A stretch of 20,000 nucleotides of DNA, taken from Chiloscyllium plagiosum. Taxonomy: Eukaryota. Location of the stretch: contig NC_057718.1 of the NCBI RefSeq assembly GCF_004010195.1, forward strand, positions 6,049,296-6,069,295, written 5' to 3'. A program made the position numbers and the translations under genes. Shown here piece by piece: positions 10,749-20,000 of this stretch. Each line of letters begins with the position of its first letter. Within the stretch, counting starts at the first letter, position 1. The notes under the pieces were generated by a model that worked only from the letters and a program-made list of their open reading frames with translations, was not told the DNA's origin and ran no database searches.

Positions 10749-11020
10749 AGCAGGGTGGCTCAGTGGTTAGCACTGCAGCCTCATAGTACCAGGGACCCAG
10801 GTTCAATTCCAGCCTTAGGCGACTTTCTGTATGGAGCTTGCACATTCTCCCTGCGTCTGTGTGGGTTTGCTCCAGTTTCCTCTCACAATTCAAAGATGTA
10901 CAGGCCAGGTGAATTGGTGTATTAGTCAGAGGGAAATGGGTCTGGGTGGGTTACTCTTCAGAGGGTTAGTGTGGACTTGTTGGGCCGAAGGGCCTGTTTC
11001 CACACTGTAGGGAATCTAAA
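10749..11020 (+). mobile_element. HE1-like tRNA-derived V-SINE
   Basis: A box tggctcagtgg, B box ggttcaattcc, V-domain, and 3' end gggcctgtttccacactgtagggaatctaa. Confidence 0.92.
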
Positions 11021-11254
11021 TGTTAAAAAAATACAAACCATATATTAAACAAACCTAGGTTTCTATTAAGCCTTTCATCTTTTACAATGTCCAGATACAA
11101 GAAGTCCTTCTGAAAATGATTGGGATGTGTCAAGGTGTTTTACAGCCAGTGAAATAAAAGTGTAGCCAGTGTTGTAGGAAAGGATATACATTTGTGTCGA
11201 AAATCTGCACCTTTTTGGGATCTCTCTGATTCACATGAGTAAAACAGTACTCAC

Positions 11255-11308
11255 CCTTGGACCCTCTGTTCCTGCTGTACCTGGAGGGCCAACACGACCA
11301 GATGGTCC
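11255..11308 (-). CDS. FACIT collagen exon, 54 bp, [18 protein letters not shown]
   Basis: Six Gly-X-Y triplets, acceptor ...ttgtttgttaacag, donor gtgagt, phase 0/0. Confidence 0.95.
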
Positions 11309-11914
11309 CTGTTAACAAACAAGGTTTTCAGTCAGATACTAGTATCACAATTCGCCCTCATCTGACTTTCATCATTAACTTGCAAAAGTACATAACATCA
11401 AAACTCCCTTAAGTCTTGGGCCCTGCTAAGATCTACATTGTAAATTGCCTTTCAAACAAACTCTTAAAGAGCTAGCTTGTCTCACAAAATAGACTGCTAG
11501 ACAAATACCATTCACCATTCTTCCATATTGTTCAGTTTGTGACCCTCACAGATGTGGAAGGACTTGTAAACGAAAGGTATTTAAAAATGTCAAGCAGTTT
11601 TGGTGCCCTTTTAAGTTATGTTGATATTTACAATGTGTGTAATGTATTCCAGACTTCTCTGTTTCTTACAGCATTGGATGCTAAAAAACTGGAAGTGGAG
11701 TCTAAGATGGTCAACACAACTGTGCCTCCAACCAAATTGGACCACTACTTTCACCTATCCAATCTGGAAGTTTTCTTATTGAGAAAAATTTCAGGAAAAG
11801 AATCACAGAATATCAGATTGTGGGTCTCAAGTGTGTCAAGGATAGAGGGAACAGACAGACCAGAAAGAGGACTTAAGGGCCCGTTCAGAACAGCCATGAT
11901 CTTCTTGAATAATT

Positions 11915-12036
11915 TAGGATATCTAGTTGGTATGGATACGTTGGACCAAAGGATCTGTTTCCATGATGTACAACTCTATGATTCTATGATTGGCAGAACA
12001 AGCTCAACGGGTCACATGCCTTTGTTCCTTATGATA
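11915..12036 (+). mobile_element. CR1/HER1-type 3' tail fragment(s)
   Basis: ttggaccaaaggatctgtttccatg...ctctatgattctatgatt tail. Confidence 0.6.
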
Positions 12037-12724
12037 TTTTGAAAGGAATTTACCACTTTTTTTGAAAACATTCAGTATCAATTGTCTCAGTTGGCTTTTG
12101 TCAAGAAAGAGTTGGGACACTTTTGAATGTGGGATTCTGGGTGAAACAAGGAATAGACTCAGAGAAGTACTACGCCATGGGGTGGAATCTAAAACTTCGG
12201 CAGGAACTAAGGGTGCCATAGCGTGCCATAGGCTAAGGTAGCCCAGGGAGTGTCTGTGAAGGAAGAGTTTTACACTCGCACCAAGTGTGAAAAGATCTAA
12301 AATCTGTTTGGTAAGTGTGCTGACTCAGAAATCCTGAAGATGTGGATGAGAAGTCACACAAGTTTGGTCACTATGTGTAACTTAAGCCCAGAACTTGAGA
12401 GTGCTACATGTTCTTCAATCTGAAATGATTTTAAATATTGTTAACATCTCCATATGTGGCTCTGTCCAGATATTTCAGTTTAATGGTGAAAATGATGCAT
12501 TGTTTCTTTAAATAGAGCATCATAAAAATGATCAGACTTAAGCAAACTATTGCAGCATGTACATTGAATGGACTGTTCTATGTCAAACGAACCAGAACAG
12601 CACAGGCCAGTGCAAGCCAAACTCCCACAATACCTTGCTGAGAGGTACTCCTGGGTACAAGACAGGATAAATATAATTTAAGGTATTTGCTACACTCTGC
12701 TTTCAAGTTTGCCCAGAAAAAGGT

Positions 12725-12920
12725 CAAATCACCATAGTATTACCAGACCATAGGGCTGGTCTCTCATCAGAGAGAGGGGACTGGTGGTGGTTTAACCTAA
12801 TCAACGTGCCTCAGATAAGGGGAGAGGTTAAGAAGATCAGTCTTTTATGGTAACCTCAGCTGGTGAGGGAATTGAACACCATTGATGTCTGCATTGCACA
12901 TCTGCCGTCCAGCTATGTGG
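12725..12920 (-). mobile_element. tRNA-derived SINE (degraded)
   Basis: B-box-like gttcaattccc on the minus strand (plus strand gggaattgaac). The body tggtggtttaacct is shared with 6845-6952. Confidence 0.6.
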
Positions 12921-13219
12921 CTTTCCTGTAAGGCTGAAGCTCCTACTGCACTGCTTTATCAAGCAATCACAGCATTGGATCGATGGAGAGTAATAAACCT
13001 CCCTTTACATTCCCATCAAGCAACCTAGGATCAAGCACAATTCTCCCCCAGCCTCAGAGGAGCATCCTTTGCGTTCCTTCGACTACCTGTACCAGTCACG
13101 TAGCATCTATCACAATTAGGTTTCCATTGCAATTCAAGTTTAACACTGCAATCTCACCAGCCTTTGCACTACATAGCAACCCCAGAGAAAATAAAAGAGG
13201 AAGAGCAAAAATGACTTAC

Positions 13220-13273
13220 TTGCCGGCCTGGCAATCCCGGTTCTCCTGAATCACCTTTCATTCCAGGGCGTCC
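13220..13273 (-). CDS. FACIT collagen (COL12A1-like) COL2-domain exon, 54 bp, [18 protein letters not shown]
   Basis: Six Gly-X-Y triplets, acceptor ...tgtctgttacag, donor gtaagt, phase 0/0. Closely resembles the recalled COL12A1 segment [18 protein letters not shown]. Confidence 0.95.
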
Positions 13274-13371
13274 CTGTAACAGACATAGCCCAGATCGTAA
13301 GCACAGCAAAGAAAATGGCCCATCAGAAACAGTTTCCCAGTAATCTCGTCTGAATGAAAGCACTGACAGAG

Positions 13372-13635
13372 AGAATATAACAGAATTAGGCCATTCAGCT
13401 TATTCTATCTTTCAGTGAGTTCATGGCTGATCTGTATCTTAATTCCCATGACCTGACTTTGTATTCAATCACTCAATCCCTTTATTCAGTGCAACTTTAT
13501 CTCTTGAAAGCTTTAATTGTGCCAGCATCTACAGCCTCTTAGCAGAGTTCGCAATTTCAACTTTGCAGTGCTTCCTGCATTGCCTGGTTCCAATTTTGAG
13601 ATTATATACGGTTACTCCAATTCCCTTACCAGAGA
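13372..13635 (-). mobile_element. CR1-type LINE 3' fragment (old)
   Basis: taggccattcagc...tcatggctgatctg, the same family as the copies at 660 and 5514. Confidence 0.6.
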
Positions 13636-14084
13636 AAAAAAATCAATTAAACACAGATATTCAAGCAGTTGAAATGTTGGTTGTGTTATTTAGTTTAATC
13701 ACACTTTAATCAACTCCTAACTATTCTGCTTTCAACCAAACCTATCTTATGTCAAACCTCGTACAACTTTTAAAAAGAAAATACAGGCAGTTTGGTAGAT
13801 ATAAATTGTAACTTATCTCTCTTTCTTGTTGCTAACAATTATTTTATTGATGAATACATCAGTTCAGCCACACTCCAGGACATCGCTAAGGATCAGTGAA
13901 GAGAAAAATCTGGTCAATGTTTAATGCTTTGTAGATCCCCCTGATTTGAAACATTAACCTGTCTCCAATCAGATGATGACAGACCTACTGCATATTCAGC
14001 ACTATTTTCTTCTGATTGAGATAGAAAGATAGATGGAGCAATGGAAATACTGACTTCCTTAATGTGATATGAGAAAAGCCAAAG

Positions 14085-14720
14085 ATGAGAAATAGCTATT
14101 TGACCCATTCAACTCACCTTCTAGTCCCATAACTTTCACATAATAGCATCCAGCTGTATTTTCAATCTTCTCAGTTGTTTTTCCTTTAATATCTCACCTG
14201 GCAGATTATTCCCAACATTTATCCCTGCTTGAAGTAAATCTTCCTCTGTCTGTTTTACGTTTACTTGTCAAAAATTTAAATAATGCCTCCTACACTTGCT
14301 TTCCTAGCTTGTTTTGAAATAATGAAGAAATGCTTCCCCCATTTCATATTTTGTATGTGTGAATATCCTTAAAGTGTCTTCATTTTTGGCTCGTGAATTT
14401 GGCTGCCTCTAATCTTGCCTCATAGCTCATCCTCTTTACATCTGGGACTAGCCTTGCTGAATCCCTTCCCAATGCATGAATAGCAGAACCGAACACTGCG
14501 CCAAGTGTGATCTGACCAGTGTATTGTAAAATCTCTGAAGAGTTATACTCTCTATTGTTCCATTCTAGTATTCTATCAACATTTTTACCATATTGAAAGT
14601 TAAAGGTCTGATGTTATTCCCAGGTTCCCTCTCCAAGTCTGTCTGTGTTATATCCATTTTCATTTATTCAACTCTTAGAATGTGTTTTTTGCCTGAAGCA
14701 AGTCTCTAGCAACATTATTC
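14085..14720 (-). mobile_element. Ancient CR1-like LINE remnant
   Basis: gctatttgacccattc tail-like start. cagaaccgaacactgcgccaagtgtgatctgaccagtgtattgta resembles the antisense of the CR1 ORF2 LVRPHLEY region. Heavily decayed. Confidence 0.45.
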
Positions 14721-14727
14721 ACTTTTC

Positions 14728-15410
14728 TTTTCTTTCCTGGTGGATGAGCATCACTGGCAGGTCCTGCATTTTGTACAGTATACATCCCTAATTGCACTGG
14801 AGAAGGTCAAAGTGAGCTGTTCTCTTGAACCACTTCTGTGTGATGAAGTACTCTCATAGCACTGGTGGGGAGGCTGTTGTAGGATTTTGATCCAGTAATG
14901 ATGGAGGAACAAGGATATACTTCCAAGTCCATTAAGCACACTGCCCTTGTTCTTCTAGGCAGTGGGATAGGCTCTGCTACTAAAGAGTTACAGCAATGAA
15001 TCTTAAAGATGGTACACACTGCAACTATGGTGTGCAGGTGGTAGAAATGAAAATGCAGGTGGTAGAAATGTGAATGCTTAAGGTGATGGACTGAATGTCA
15101 ATTAAAATGACTCCTTTGTCATGGATGCTGTGAGCTTCTTAAGAAATACCGATGATTGAGAATTTGGCAAGGAAAGTACGATTGATTATCAATGGAAGAT
15201 CTTTCTCTTCCTTGAATAATCTTTACCTAACTCTCGTGTGATATAAACGTTACTTGCTACTATTTATCCCAAGCTTTCATATTGCCATTGTCTTGCTGAA
15301 TGGGGCATGGACTGTTAATTATCTAAGCAGTTGCAAATGGAGGTGAACATCATGCTATCATCAGTAAACAGCCCACTTCTGGTCTTAATGTGAAAGTCCT
15401 TGATGAAGTG
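14728..15410 (-). mobile_element. Non-LTR retrotransposon 3' fragment (same family as 6088-6556)
   Basis: Shares catccctaattgc..gagaaggt..gtgagctg..ttgaac, ggatttt.acccag and ctgcccttgt.cttctag with the 6088 copy. The far boundary is approximate. Confidence 0.65.
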
Positions 15411-17997
15411 GGGTTTTAGGCTTACAGTACTGCCTGCTCTTTCTGTTCTTCTTATTTTAGTGTCAGCAACAAATCTGAAGAGCAATGTCTACACCAGTAC
15501 TGCAAATTAGAAACAATACGTTTTAAACACTGACTCAGTAGGACTTCACTCAACACCTACACTTAATTTCATATTATTTTAACCAATTTCCTATCCAGAA
15601 AAAAAACAATGCACCTCAAATTCCTGTGGCTGAAATTACATTGGTTGTCCTTTGTTTTTTAAATTAGTTTAAAGGTAAGATGGACTGATAGTCAGACAAA
15701 TAAATTGGTTGTTAACTGAAATGAGAAAGCTATCTTAATCATAAACCAAGCGTCATTATGAAATACAGTGAGGCTGCACTGAATATGGTAGGAATTGTCA
15801 GTTGATAAAAGACTGAGGTTTAGCTTGCCTAAAATCCACCGAGTAGTCACATGATAAAATGATATGGAGTCAGTTACTGACCAAAGCAATTAAACTCTAT
15901 CTGGTAGTTAACAGCAGACCTCAATATGTGGTGAGGTAAATAGCAGTGAGCAAGACATTTTGGAACTGTATCTATGCCAAAGTCAGGCATCTCCTTTTAT
16001 CAATGTGTAATCGCTGCAAGATTTTGTGGGATCCTGTTTAAAGTTCAAATGAGGGCAATCTTTTTTTTAAAAGAAACTAAAATCTAGAAGAGGCTCTGGA
16101 TGGGAGAAGCCACTGTAAATAAATCAGTTTATTTAATGGAAATCAGTGGTATGGTTCTCTAATTATCAGATGGTGCTGGAACCCAGAATGAGGGGGGAGG
16201 TATCAGGTGTGCCGTTAGAGCGAAACCATTTCTGAAAGATAGCACAGCACTGAAAGATTACTATTCTGATTGATTTCTATGTTCACGGAGATGACATCAG
16301 CATCCGCTATGTTAACAGCCATCTCTATGTCTTGTTCAATAGTTGTGATCTGTTTTGTCCTTGTTGCTAAGAGCACACATACTGGAGAGGCAAGCCTGAT
16401 GAAAATTGGCCATGTATGGGTTTGTGGGTGGCTGAAGTGATTCGAACTCAAATGGAACACTACCATGGTAACCAGGCAATGAATGCAACAACATCTCTGT
16501 AGGAAGGAATGCAAACCTTTTGATTGCTTGAAACAGCCACTTCAGCAGAGTGGGTTTATGTATGGTCTTTGCATCTAGCTTATTGGGATGGTTCTCAACC
16601 TCATTGTCACAAAATTAAAAATGCAAAATATTTTTCTATCACTCTAATCTGTTGAAATAAATCTTGCCTTCAAAAAACACATTACACGAAGTTGTAAGTA
16701 ACAAATAGATGATGCCTTTAAAGTTCAACTGAGTGACATTGGAGAACAAGTGCTGAAAATATTCAAGAGATATTCCTTTATCACCAATCTAATGAATAAA
16801 CTGACCCTTATGTTTTAATGTAACTATTCAAGTTGGTGGATGAAGGACTTAAGGCAAATGCATTCAGCTTTTATATGACGAGAGCACACCAGTGAAACAT
16901 GCCCCAACTGGTACAAAATGGAATTCTGTGTCAGGAACAGAAGAGAGAGCAATGCTGGGGAAAGTTAAATATAGCCATTTAAAGATTCCTCAGAAGTGCT
17001 GCAGTCCCAAATTTGTAAGAGTGCCTCAATGATTCCAGTTAAATTATATGATTACTTATGGCAGCCAGTTCTACCTTAAAGGTCTTTGTTTCAGACTAGT
17101 GAGCAAGAGGCATCAGATCTGCTTTTTGGGAACAAAGTGGGCCAAGTGGATTAAGTGTGACTAGGGTGTTACAGATATGATATACATAATACAGTGATGT
17201 TTTAAGACTGTGGTTTAAGTTAGGATACAAATTAAGGATCCATGTAACCTGTTCTGAAATCTGCCTGACGTTATCGCAGTTAAAGCTTAAAGGGCAGTTC
17301 GGGCTGTTTGCAGAGAGAAGATGAAAGGCAGCAGCATCTGTGATTGCAGGGGTTTGACTGGCCCCACAATGGTGTGCAGAATGTCAGGCAAGAAACGGTT
17401 TTGCTTTTAAATCTCCATTTACTGCAAAATTAAAACACAGTTAGGGTCTCAAGCATAAATAATTAGCATTTCGACCTGCATATAAGGCTCATTTGATTCA
17501 TATTGCCATAGAGATGGGTTTTGTGATTAAAAAAGGTTTCCCAACATTATCACTGAACCACACTGACAGTGCTTAGCTGCCAAGATCCAAAAGGGGGCGA
17601 CCGAGCGAGATATGCAAACTCTCAATAGCCCACCAAATGGAACATTGCTGGGATCTCATGCTCAACTGAGTAGATCAAAAATTCATAAAGATTTGCACCT
17701 GGAAGATTGACCAACTTTGTGGAAGAGGGAGAATTGCCAGGAACAACTCTTACAGTGAATGACAGGCTCGTGGTTAAAGGTTACTAAGTTGGAAAAAGAA
17801 ATGAAGGGAAGTAAAGATTTGGAAGCTAAGAAAGGAATTGGACTGGAAAAATCAAATAAATCTTTAAATGTCAGTTTAAAGTATCTATATGATTTGGGTT
17901 TTCTGCTGTATTTGAAGTAAAAGAGCGATGCTCTGTCCTGTAGTTTATAGTATAGCTGCCTACAAAAATAATACTCAGTTAACAGTGCTTTTGGTCC

Positions 17998-18121
17998 GGG
18001 TAAAAACAATGACTGCAGATGCTGGAAACCAGATTCTGGATCAGTGGTGCGAAACGTCGATTTTGCCTGTCCTCGGATGCTGCCTGAATTGCTGTGCTCT
18101 TCCAGCACCACTGATCCAGAA
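17998..18121. mobile_element. Penelope-like 3'-end insertion (family A variant) with inversion
   Basis: Perfect 14-bp TSD agtgcttttggtcc at 17984-17997 and 18122-18135. 17-bp inverted repeat at 18034-18050 and 18105-18121. Only the GAAACGTC half of the hammerhead remains. Confidence 0.9.
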
Positions 18122-18338
18122 AGTGCTTTTGGTCCATTTGTTGAAGAAGTCTTGAACATGAAATTTTGTGTCATCCATTCAGCTGTTGATTCAAAGTTTA
18201 CGTAGTTTTTTTTAAAGTTATTGATCTCTTTGAGGATTGTAACAAATGAAACAGTTAGATGGTAGTGATCATTTAACTAAGTTGGCTACAGAAAAGGACA
18301 ATAATTAATTCAGATAAAATCAACTTCAATGGCCTACC

Positions 18339-18421
18339 AAAGCAGAAATTGCTGGAGGAGCTCAGCCAATCTGACAGCATCTCTCCACAGATTTCCAGTA
18401 TCCTCAGATCTTTGGTATTTA
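18339..18421. mobile_element. Decayed family B Penelope-like fragment
   Basis: agcagaaattgctggaggagctcagc...cagcatct followed by the inverted ttccagtatcctcagatctttggt. Confidence 0.55.
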
Positions 18422-18449
18422 TTCAAATGCATCAAAATGGTTCGGGCCA

Positions 18450-19110
18450 AGAGAAATCTGTAGCATGGATTAGTTGGAAATCAACGAATCGAACAATGGG
18501 CTGCCTTTAAAGGAGAGGGAATTCAAACACAGCCCGGGTATATTTGTAATGGGAAAAGGGAGGGCAAACAAACTTCCTGGATTATGAAAGGGATAGAAAT
18601 TGAGATAAAGCATAAAGAGTGTGCTTATGATAGATGTCAGATAGACAGTACAACTTAAACAAAAATTCCAGGCCGAGTGTAGATGGCTCATTTAAAAACT
18701 AGGAGAAAGTGAAGACTGCAGACGCTGGAGATCAGAGTCAAAAAGTGTAGCGCTGGAAAAGCACAGCGTCCGAGGGGCAGGAGAATCGACGTTTCAGGAG
18801 TAAGCCCTACATCAGGAATCATTTAAAAAGTAGCCAAGAGAAGCAAAATGATAAATGGTCATGATAAATGGTTTGATAAATGGTTTGGTAATTCTAAAGC
18901 CTTCTACAGATAAAAAGTCAGTAAAAAGATAGTAAAGGGAGAACTGGGGACCATTAGACATCAAGATTGTCATTTAGAGTGGAGACAGGGGACAAGAGTG
19001 AGCTTTTAAATAAATACTTTACATCCTGTTTTGACCTAGGAAGAGGAGACAGTTCAAAGACTTAAAGGGTTTAAAATTAATAAAGAAGCATTGACAAAAG
19101 GCTGCCTGTA
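18450..19110 (+). mobile_element. CR1 LINE ORF2 internal remnant
   Basis: Residual peptides GNSKAFYR (from 18887) and ELLNKYFTS (~19000) resemble CR1 ORF2 motifs between the endonuclease and RT domains. Many frameshifts. Confidence 0.7.
18701..18818 (-). mobile_element. Penelope-like 3'-end insertion (family A, no inversion)
   Basis: TSD tcatttaaaaa(c/g)tag at 18688-18702 and 18819-18833. The minus strand begins at a mutated hammerhead, CUGAUGU A GGG..CCU GAAACGUC. Confidence 0.88.
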
Positions 19111-20000
19111 CTTAAATTAATAAAGAGGCGTTGACAATAGGCTACTTGTACTTAAATTAATAAGGAAGCATTGGCAGCAGGCTGCCTGTACTTAAATTAA
19201 TAAAGAGGCGTTGACAATAGGCTACCTGTACTTAAATTAATAAGGAAGCATTGGCAGCAGGCTGCCTGTACTTAAATTAATAAAGAGGCGTTGACAGTAG
19301 GCTGCCTGTACTTAAATTAATAAGGAAGCATTGGCAGCAGGCTGACTGTATGTAAATTAATAAAGAGGCGTTGATAGTAGGCTGCCTGTACTTAAATTAA
19401 TAAGGAAGCATTGGCAGCAGGCTGACTGTATGTAAATTAATAAAGAGGCGTTGACAGTAGGCTGCCTGTACTTAAATTAATAAGGAAACATTGGCAGCAG
19501 GCTGACTGTATGTAAATTAATAAAGAGGCGTGACAATAGGCTGCCTGTACTTAAATTAATAAGGAAGCATTGGCAATAGGCTGCCTGTACTTAAATTAAT
19601 AAAGAAGCATTGGCAATAGGCTGCCTGTACTTAAATTAATAAAGAAGCATTGGCAATAGGCTGCCTGTACTTAAATTAATAAAGAAGCATTGGCAATAGG
19701 CTGCCTGTACTTAAATTAATAAAGAAGCATTGGCAATAGGCTGCCTGTACTTAAATTAATAAAGAAGCATTGGCAATAGGCTGCCTGTACTTAAATTAAT
19801 AAAGAAGCATTGGCAATAGGCTGCCTGTACTTAAATTAATAAAGAAGCATTGGCAATAGGCTGCCTGTACTTAAATTAATAAAGAAGCATTGGCAATAGG
19901 CTGCCTGTACTTAAATTAATAAAGAAGCATTGGCAATAGGCTGCCTGTACTTAAATTAATAAAGAAGCATTGGCAATAGGCTGCCTGTACTTAAATTAAT
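19071..20000. repeat. 40-bp minisatellite, 23 full units plus a partial unit, running off the window
   Basis: Consensus cttaaattaataaagaagcattggcaataggctgcctgta. Variant units at 19071-19589, identical units at 19590-20000. Confidence 0.98.

Larger units (their letters stand above)
10559..11086 (-). mobile_element. Penelope-like 3'-end insertion (family C) interrupted by an HE1-like SINE
   Basis: 19-bp TSD atg(c/t)ccag(g/a)tacaagaagt at 10540-10558 and 11087-11105. Contains the hammerhead motif at 10641-10675. Confidence 0.8.

Noticed and set aside
11539..12042. 167-aa plus-strand ORF
   Set aside because: Non-ATG start, no recognisable domain, runs through a CR1 tail, and is antisense within an intron.
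14112..14135. Donor-like GAAG/gtgagt on the minus strand
   Set aside because: No Gly-X-Y exon or acceptor upstream, and it lies in a decayed LINE.
15033..15070. 21-bp-period duplication of tgcaggtggtagaaatg, and tgataaatggt x3 at 18849-18884
   Set aside because: Ordinary slippage duplications within decayed LINEs.
17683..18174. 163-aa minus-strand ORF
   Set aside because: Reads through a TSD-bounded repeat insertion with no recognisable protein features, so it is likely a chance ORF.
19071..20000. CRISPR-like appearance of the 40-bp array
   Set aside because: There are no unique spacers: the units are head-to-tail near-identical copies in a eukaryotic intron, with no cas genes.

Overview
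Eukaryotic vertebrate genomic DNA, very probably from a shark or other elasmobranch (inferred from HE1/V-SINE-like, SacSINE1/DeuSINE-like and CR1/HER1-like repeats). The window lies inside a FACIT collagen gene on the minus strand. Four phase-0 Gly-X-Y exons of 54, 54, 54 and 72 bp (13273-13220, 11308-11255, 7191-7138, 3194-3123) match the COL2 domain of the COL12A1/COL14A1/COL20A1 group, closest to COL12A1. The rest is intron rich in retroelement remnants, and none of the listed ORFs is a stand-alone gene. The most notable signal is a set of short Penelope-like element ends from three sequence families, six with 14-19 bp target-site duplications (TSDs) and most with a 5' inversion. They share a covarying minimal hammerhead-ribozyme motif: CUGANGA-A-[stem II]-GAA-[palindromic ACGU or AGCU]-H. 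One insertion is a near-perfect 94-bp hairpin nested inside a second hairpin element. The window ends in a 40-bp minisatellite that appears to derive from a CR1 ORF2 fragment and switches from an 80-bp dimer to a perfect monomer. Family names are from memory, not from database searches.
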